Shown in pieces: positions 58,297 to 64,000 of a stretch of DNA of 64,000 nucleotides. Every line of letters begins with the position of its first letter. The stretch's first letter is position 1. The position numbers and the translations under genes were made by a program. The DNA is from Methanocellaceae archaeon UBA148 (GTDB lineage: Archaea; Halobacteriota; UBA148): NCBI GenBank assembly GCA_002495885.1, contig DAHG01000033.1:86997-150996 (forward strand). Direction: 5' to 3'. The notes below the pieces were generated by a model. The model was not told the DNA's origin and searched no databases. It saw only the letters and a program-made list of their open reading frames with translations.

Positions 58297-59262
58297 TCAG
58301 AACAAAGTAACCGCTGCGGCCAGCATTGCAATTATTATCCATTCGCCATCCACGAGCAAATCAACTGAAGTCCCTATTTTTAACTTATCCTTACAAAAAT
58401 ACAGGATATACCAGTACCCATAAAAAACGCAAAATATTAAGACGACAAGGTACTGGCGGAAAAAGTCCATGAAATAAGAAAATGCGAGCCAGACTAGGAG
58501 GGTTGAGTTTAATCCCAGGAGCAGATTTTTTGAGTTATGTCTTCCAAAAAATACCGGAATTGTCCTCACACCGCTTAGTTTATCGCCTTCGATATCTCGA
58601 ACATCAAATACAACCGTGTTGATGAAGCATTTCATGAAAAAGAGATAAAAAATCAAGATTATTGGAAGGTAATCACGAAAAGAAACTGCTAAGGGTATGA
58701 AAGCGCCTAATACCGCCCAAGACAGTGCAACTACAATATTTTTTACGCCTGTTATGTCTTTCAGTCGGAAGTTGGATATTTTTATACTGTATACAATCCC
58801 CATACAAAAAGGAAAGAGAATTATAAGGATAGAAAGGGGGTTTTTTAAAAAAGATAAAGACAAGGCAACGATGAAAGACGCTACTGTAGCCCAGGTAACC
58901 AAACGTTTATTTTTTTCAATAAATCCTGCCCTTTCAGGCACATTTACCGAATCTTCTTCTATATCGGTTAATTTATTGATGTTGTATATGGCAAAAATAA
59001 CAAGGAAAGAAGCAATCAGCAATTTAAAACTAATCTGCACTTCATAAAGCAAGAAAGAAAAATAAGGTAACAAAAAGGCGATGATGGCAATGAATAGGGA
59101 ACTGACTGACAGGAATGACAGGAATTTGTCAAACAAGGAACGGATATCTTTAAGTTTGAGATGGATATTGAATATTAGATAACTACCGAGAACATTGCCT
59201 AAACCCGCATCTACATCTGTCTCGTATACGGGTTTACATCCATAAGTTAATATTTTAGACAT
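58297..59262 (-). CDS. UbiA-family aromatic/isoprenoid prenyltransferase (DGGGP synthase-like)
   Basis: 8-9 TM helices. NINKLTDIEEDSVN (Nx3Dx3D) and DVRDIEGDKLSG (DxxDxxxD) motifs. Confidence 0.65.
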   Translation of the reverse strand: MSKILTYGCKPVYETDVDAGLGNVLGSYLIFNIHLKLKDIRSLFDKFLSFLSVSSLFIAIIAFLLPYFSFLLYEVQISFKLLIASFLVIFAIYNINKLTDIEEDSVNVPERAGFIEKNKRLVTWATVASFIVALSLSFLKNPLSILIILFPFCMGIVYSIKISNFRLKDITGVKNIVVALSWAVLGAFIPLAVSFRDYLPIILIFYLFFMKCFINTVVFDVRDIEGDKLSGVRTIPVFFGRHNSKNLLLGLNSTLLVWLAFSYFMDFFRQYLVVLIFCVFYGYWYILYFCKDKLKIGTSVDLLVDGEWIIIAMLAAAVTLF

Positions 59263-59329
59263 TGACTACACCACAACTAAAAGGTAGATATCACGGGATT
59301 TGAGCACTCAGCTAGAAATTACATGGGAA

Positions 59330-60154
59330 TCACAAATGAAACTCATCGGACCGCTTGCGGTACCATTCAAACAATTCCCATCCCCATTCAATACCTTCCT
59401 TGGTGGAGTCTATTATATCCTTATTCCAGTCGTATGTACCCTCAAAATTAAACAAACCAAACGATAGGAGACTGTCAGTAATCGTAAAAGCAGCTTTTAA
59501 GTCTTTTTTCATTACGTATAATTTAAGTTTAGAGTTTTTTTCAGAAAGGATTTCTTTCAAGATTTCCTGGTCTATCCCTCCCAATACTTCTTTTGACACT
59601 ACAAGCTCCACACAAATATTTCTCTCGATTGTAAGCTCTTTAAGTAGTGATCCGAAATCAGGGATGAACATGGAAGTTACTCCTCTTATCTCTTTAGCAT
59701 TTCTCAGCATATCGACGAAGCTTGTGAAGACCTGTAAAACATCAGCGGCAGGAGCCTCTATCATACTGGAGTTTTGCAATTCTCCGATTCTCTCAAGCAA
59801 ATGTTCTGGAACACAGCTTAGGTCGTGGTTAAGCCAAAAGTCCTCGTATTTTTCCAATACATCAATCGCCTTAAAAAAATCGAGTAGCTTCAAGGCGATA
59901 ATTTCGCCTATTTTCGTTAACACATAATCCTTAGCTTCATCTTGAAAAATGAGTTTGCCCTTTTCAAGCTCTCTTAGTGCATGTATGGTCGTTGTAGAGC
60001 TTGCCTCCAGTTCATCTCGCAATTCGCTCAGCGGTTTCTTGCCCTTTTTCAAGCTAACTAAAATACCGCTTCTCAGATCAGAACAAGCAGCGAGTCGAAG
60101 CATAGCACAAACAATCTTCGATCTCTTTTTTTCATTTTCATCTGAAGCGCACAT
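59330..60154 (-). CDS. winged-helix transcriptional regulator with C-terminal DUF1724-like domain
   Basis: N-terminal ArsR/MarR-like HTH (SELRDELEASSTTTIHALRELEKGKLI), followed by ~190 aa of the sensor-like domain common in Methanosarcinales regulators. Confidence 0.45.
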   Translation of the reverse strand: MCASDENEKKRSKIVCAMLRLAACSDLRSGILVSLKKGKKPLSELRDELEASSTTTIHALRELEKGKLIFQDEAKDYVLTKIGEIIALKLLDFFKAIDVLEKYEDFWLNHDLSCVPEHLLERIGELQNSSMIEAPAADVLQVFTSFVDMLRNAKEIRGVTSMFIPDFGSLLKELTIERNICVELVVSKEVLGGIDQEILKEILSEKNSKLKLYVMKKDLKAAFTITDSLLSFGLFNFEGTYDWNKDIIDSTKEGIEWGWELFEWYRKRSDEFHL

Positions 60155-60235
60155 TTTCTTTCACATCTCGGGGGTCATAGTACATACATGCATTTTATAG
60201 TATATACCACATGCATTTAGCAAATTTAATTGTAG

Positions 60236-60492
60236 TTATGTATATAGTTAAGGAATGGAAATATTGTTTAATCTTAGCAATTTTGCTCAAAAAAGGAAAA
60301 AGTTTAAATAGTATATGAAGTACATATGTATCTTGCACAATATTCACAAGCTATTAGTCAAAGATATTGAGTGATTTCATACATATAGTTAATGAATAGA
60401 AATATTGCCTAATTTTGTCAATTTTGCTCAAAAAGAGCAAAAGTTTAAATAGTATGCAATGTAGATGGATATCTTGCATAATGTTCACAAGT
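60236..60492. repeat. tandem duplication (~115 bp x2, ~80% identical) of a promoter-like segment containing aaagtttaaata (BRE/TATA-like)
   Basis: Copy 1 ~60236-60350, copy 2 ~60378-60492. Both contain caattttgctcaaaaa[g/a]g[a/c]aaaagtttaaatagtat...atcttgca[c/t]aat[a/g]ttcacaag. Upstream of the ATPase gene and divergent from the regulator. Confidence 0.8.
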
Positions 60493-60538
60493 TACACATT
60501 TAAAAATAACATAAAAATAATATGGGGGGTATAAAAAC

Positions 60539-61705
60539 TTGGAAGAATCGAATCCATTTTCACCCACGTTTCCTGTAAATCCAAAATATTTCGCTAATAG
60601 GAAGGATATCCTATCCTCTTTCAGGAAATCATTTGATAGGTCTAAAAAAACAGAGAGACCTACGCCAGACAACATAGCTATTCTAGGTGATTGCGGCGTC
60701 GGCAAGACTTCTGTGTTAAGGAAATTTGAAGCCATAGCCTTAGAAGAGTTCAAAGATAGGAAGGTATTTTCGGCGATAATCGGGTTTACACCGATTTCTT
60801 GTAATTCTTTCAATTCCATCTTCCAGAAAGTTGTAGATGAAATTAGTGGGAACTTTGTCACAAATACACCTGTTACGACGGAGATGAGAAACGAAATCAA
60901 GGACTGGAGAACTAAATCAATCGGTGCAGGTACAAAAGCTGAATCGGAAGGAGCAAAAAGAGATGAATCAGCTACGAGGATTTTCAGGGATGCACTTATA
61001 GAACTATGGAAAATTCTCGAAAAAAGAGGGATTGATACCGGACTTCTGATGTTGGATGATGCACATTATCTAATCATTGGATGTCCAGATGCCTTGAGTG
61101 AGATCAGGACGTTATTTCAAGAGCTTCCAAAAAATGGATGCAACTTTATATTGTGTATAACCGGGAGAGGTGATATATTTTCAGATGTAAAGGGACATAA
61201 TGGGATTTTTGCTACCTTCTTTAACATTAAGTACACCCTGAATCCTTTTAAATTGAATGAAGTCAGAGATGCCCTCCTAACGCCCTTGAAAATGTCAGGT
61301 TTGGACCTGACAGTTAATGAGAGCGTAATTGAAAAAATACATGATTTAACGATGGGATGCCCGGTTTTCATCAATTTCATAATGAGAGAGTTGGTGTGTC
61401 TAAAGGAAAAGGGTAGAATTACCCTGGGAGATTTTGAGAAAAATTATCGTACCATTATAACATCAATGGGGGCAGAGAGATTTCAGAGTGACTTTTCGAT
61501 AGCGAGCAGTAAGGAGAGAGAAATCTTATTGGCGATGTCAAAATTGTCAGACAGGTTTAGTCCCTCTGACATAAGCATAAAGGACGCCAGGTCACATCTT
61601 CGGTTTTTGATTAAAAAGGGGCTTATAGTGAAACATGAGAGGGGGAAGTATTCACTCTACCACCCATTTTTCAAAGAATATCTGAGGAGTCTGGGTGACA
61701 AATGA
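60539..61705 (+). CDS. P-loop ATPase of the archaeal ATPase (Arch_ATPase/AAA-like) family with C-terminal winged helix
   Basis: Walker A ILGDCGVGKTS, Walker B LLMLDDAHY. C-terminal ~70 aa wH-like (LRFLIKKGLIVKHERGKYSLYHP). Confidence 0.6.
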   Translation: MEESNPFSPTFPVNPKYFANRKDILSSFRKSFDRSKKTERPTPDNIAILGDCGVGKTSVLRKFEAIALEEFKDRKVFSAIIGFTPISCNSFNSIFQKVVDEISGNFVTNTPVTTEMRNEIKDWRTKSIGAGTKAESEGAKRDESATRIFRDALIELWKILEKRGIDTGLLMLDDAHYLIIGCPDALSEIRTLFQELPKNGCNFILCITGRGDIFSDVKGHNGIFATFFNIKYTLNPFKLNEVRDALLTPLKMSGLDLTVNESVIEKIHDLTMGCPVFINFIMRELVCLKEKGRITLGDFEKNYRTIITSMGAERFQSDFSIASSKEREILLAMSKLSDRFSPSDISIKDARSHLRFLIKKGLIVKHERGKYSLYHPFFKEYLRSLGDK

Positions 61706-64000
61706 ATAGAAGAGAGAGATGTACTAAGTGGATCGTTGTATTGATGGTAGCTTCTCTCTTACTTGTAAGTATCACGCCCACTCTTCAGGGAGCTATGGCA
61801 GATAATGGAATTGTAGATGATGAAATGGGTCCGAGCATAGTATATAGCGAGTACAGCGAGTTGGACCCGGGCCTAGAGAGTGGTTCGAAGCCGATACAGA
61901 TAATATTAGAAAGAGAAATTTCTCTGCAAAGAAAGACAATAACCATTTATTCTAATTCTGATAAGGAGGTAATTGCACACACAAAAATCACAGACGCCCC
62001 AAGGGACTCAATTAAACTGTACAGGACTACGGAAGGAACAAGAGAGCCAGTACGAATAACCGAGTATTTGGATACAAACAACAACGGCTTGGTCGACGAA
62101 ATAAGCTGGACCAGTCCCCGCCTCTCAAGCCAGACATACGAAGTCATAATAGAGATAACCAAAGCAGAACATTTGGATGCAAACAGAAACTTCGTTTCAG
62201 ATATTTACGATGAAGTCAAAGCACTTGATGGCGTCTGGTCTGAAACGATTCCCGACGAAGATTATGTGAGAGTCGTATTTGAACAAAAACTCGATTCATC
62301 AAGGGACATAACCCTGTATCCGAGAGTTGTCTCAGGAAACCCCAGAATAGAGGTTTACGAACTCAATGGAAACAATCTGATTGCAGAATTTAACCCAATT
62401 AATTCAAATGAGTATAACACGGTTTTATTGACAAAGCTGCAAGGAAAACAAGACACTTTTGACTTGCGTGTTGTTGACGGTTCTGTTGAGTTTGAGCATA
62501 TAATTGACCCTTCAAGCGGTAGATACATAAAGACAGTTGAATACAGGTTAGGTTCACAGAACACCGGGGCAGAAACAGCCATAGCGAGCAATGCTTGGTG
62601 GACAGCTACTGCCAGTAAAGAGATATACCTTCCAGAAGATATTGTTGAGATAAAATCCGCATTTGTCGTTCTTAGTGGTTATGCTTATACTGCCACAGAC
62701 CTGACTGCGGTGGCGATTAATTTTGCAGGTAATAGTTATACCCCAGTCACAGCTTTGTATGGGGACCATAGCGGTGAGTCGTATTCATTTTGGGTTATTG
62801 CCAATGTCACAGGTGCTTTTGCCTCTTTCAGCAATCCCATGACAGTAAATGCGAGTTCAAGAGTAACAGGTCCGACACAGGGCGGATTGGGGATGAAGTT
62901 AATCATCACATATACTTACGATGATGCCTCAGAGGAATTAGTAAACACGGTGAAATACCCAATAACTTCCAATACCGCAGCAATGACGAATGGATATTAT
63001 AATGTGAGTTATAATGCATCAATCGCAGAAGCAACTGATGTGAAAGATGCTTGGTTTGAAATACAGGGAGCTGTAGATGGTATAAGTAATGCAGATGCAA
63101 AGATTCAGGCGGGAATAAACAGCGATGCTTTAAGTCCTTATATGCACTTTGAAACTGGTCTCCAGAGTTCGTATGACTTCATGTTCTATTTTGATACAAG
63201 CGGAACAAGTTTTGATGTGAATGCGCAACAAACCTTGAGCATGAAAGGGGCAGATACAGCAGCTATGCGTGGTGTTGGTGCGGAATTAGCCGTAACTTAT
63301 AATTATTCAAGCGATGCACCGAGATTAACAAAAACAGTCAGCCATTTTATGGGGCAGGGGACAACAAGGAATTTGGTAACGCAAAATGCATTCACGAAAA
63401 CCATATCCCTTCCAGAGGATAATGTCGAGATAAAAGCAGTATGGGCAAAGGTAAGCGGTGGGTTTTCACACACAACAGCGGGAACAACAACTATCATCGG
63501 AACCATCGATGGAAATTCTGCAGCAACTCAGGCGTATGCAATGGATGTTCAATTAGCCTCCGGACGGGCTTACCAGCCACTCATATATGACATGAGCAGT
63601 GTGAAAGATGAGTTGTCTGATGGGATCGGAGAGGTTTCTGTAAGTTATCAGTTCTCTCAAAATTTAAACACTCCTCCTGGAATTGATTTGTATATAACTT
63701 ATGAATATGATGCGGACAGCACAGCTCAGCAAAAAACGGTGAAGTATTTTGGCGGACAAACAACAGGAATAACAACATCAAACAGCTTTACAGCAACTAC
63801 ATGGGTTTTGGAAAGCAACCCCCAATTAGTAAGCGGTTATGTTGAAACAATGTCCACAGACACAGATGCAACAGACCCAACACAAACAACGACAATAGAC
63901 GGCTCATCTTCTGTGGCAGTTCAAATAGAATCTGCAGAGATAGGATTTGTAAGAACACTGAATGGGGATGTAAACAATAAATTAAACACCAGCAGCACAG
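61703..64000 (+). CDS. large secreted repeat protein (partial at window end; signal peptide plus at least 3 tandem ~260-aa domains)
   Basis: Start ATG within ATGA overlap of the ATPase stop. MNRRERCTKWIVVLMVASLLLVSITPTLQGAMA signal. Internal repeats anchored by ITYTYDDASEELVNTVKYP / VTYNYSSDAPRLTKTVSHF / ITYEYDADSTAQQKTVKYF and YLPEDIVEIKSAF / SLPEDNVEIKAVW. No stop before 64000. Not in the ORF track. Confidence 0.6.

Noticed and set aside
60236-60492. Possible CRISPR array
   Set aside because: Only two repeat copies of ~115 bp with an ~27-bp gap, and no short spacer-repeat periodicity. No cas genes nearby. Interpreted as a duplicated promoter module instead.
1-64000. tRNA/rRNA genes
   Set aside because: I scanned the intergenic regions (14.9-15.6 kb, 19.0-19.2 kb, 28.9-29.4 kb, 33.0-33.6 kb, 34.1-34.6 kb, 46.0-46.4 kb, 48.1-48.8 kb) for GTTCRANYC T-loop and CCA-acceptor patterns and found none. 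I cannot exclude an atypical or intron-containing tRNA without a covariance-model search.

Overview
This 64 kb window is archaeal chromosomal DNA, roughly 43% GC, with no rRNA or tRNA genes and no CRISPR array. The gene content points to a methanogen/ANME/Archaeoglobi-like euryarchaeon. Evidence: Mer, CofE, an archaeal-type phosphoglycerate mutase, a PGF-CTERM sorting signal, the PolD DP1/DP2 subunits, Alba, CetZ and LonB.

Major blocks, in order:
(i) 0-14.4 kb: a molybdenum/tungsten island. It holds a moeA 3-prime end, mobB, a wtpABC/modABC-type oxoanion ABC transporter, a ModE-like regulator and mobA. Divergent from these is a minus-strand operon: MvhD-domain polyferredoxin, TorD-like chaperone, Tat-exported FdnG-like molybdopterin formate dehydrogenase (Cys, not Sec), FdnH-like FeS subunit, and a cytochrome-b-like membrane subunit.
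(ii) 15.5-23 kb: a replication core. DP2 and DP1 of PolD, a Sec11 signal peptidase, orc1/cdc6, and immediately upstream a probable oriC with inverted ORB-like elements flanking an AT-rich unwinding element.
(iii) 23-33 kb: housekeeping genes. Hef-like helicase, GlyRS, a CBS protein, an amidohydrolase, Sec61-beta, EngB, a PfkB kinase and Alba.
(iv) 33-48 kb: a secreted serpin whose Pro/Thr linker is identical at the DNA level (76 nt) to the WtpA linker. Also Mer, a SAM hydroxide adenosyltransferase, an orphan PD-(D/E)xK nuclease-like gene in AT-rich flanks, Dph6, a PflX-like radical SAM protein, LonB, CoADR/Nox, Prs, and a convergent RtcA/Tpt1 RNA-repair pair.
(v) 48.8-60 kb: GlmM/PMM, an epimerase, a CetZ tubulin-like gene in an operon with a PRC-barrel protein and a membrane-anchored extracellular protein, then ApgM, ThrB, CofE, a UbiA prenyltransferase and an HTH regulator.
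(vi) 60.2-64 kb: a tandemly duplicated promoter-like region, an Arch_ATPase-family P-loop ATPase, and a translationally coupled giant secreted protein with three ~260-aa repeats that runs off the window end.

All protein calls rest on motifs I recognised by eye in the supplied translations; nothing was searched against a database. Several N-terminal starts in the ORF track are alternative-start artefacts, and corrected starts are given where I could infer them.
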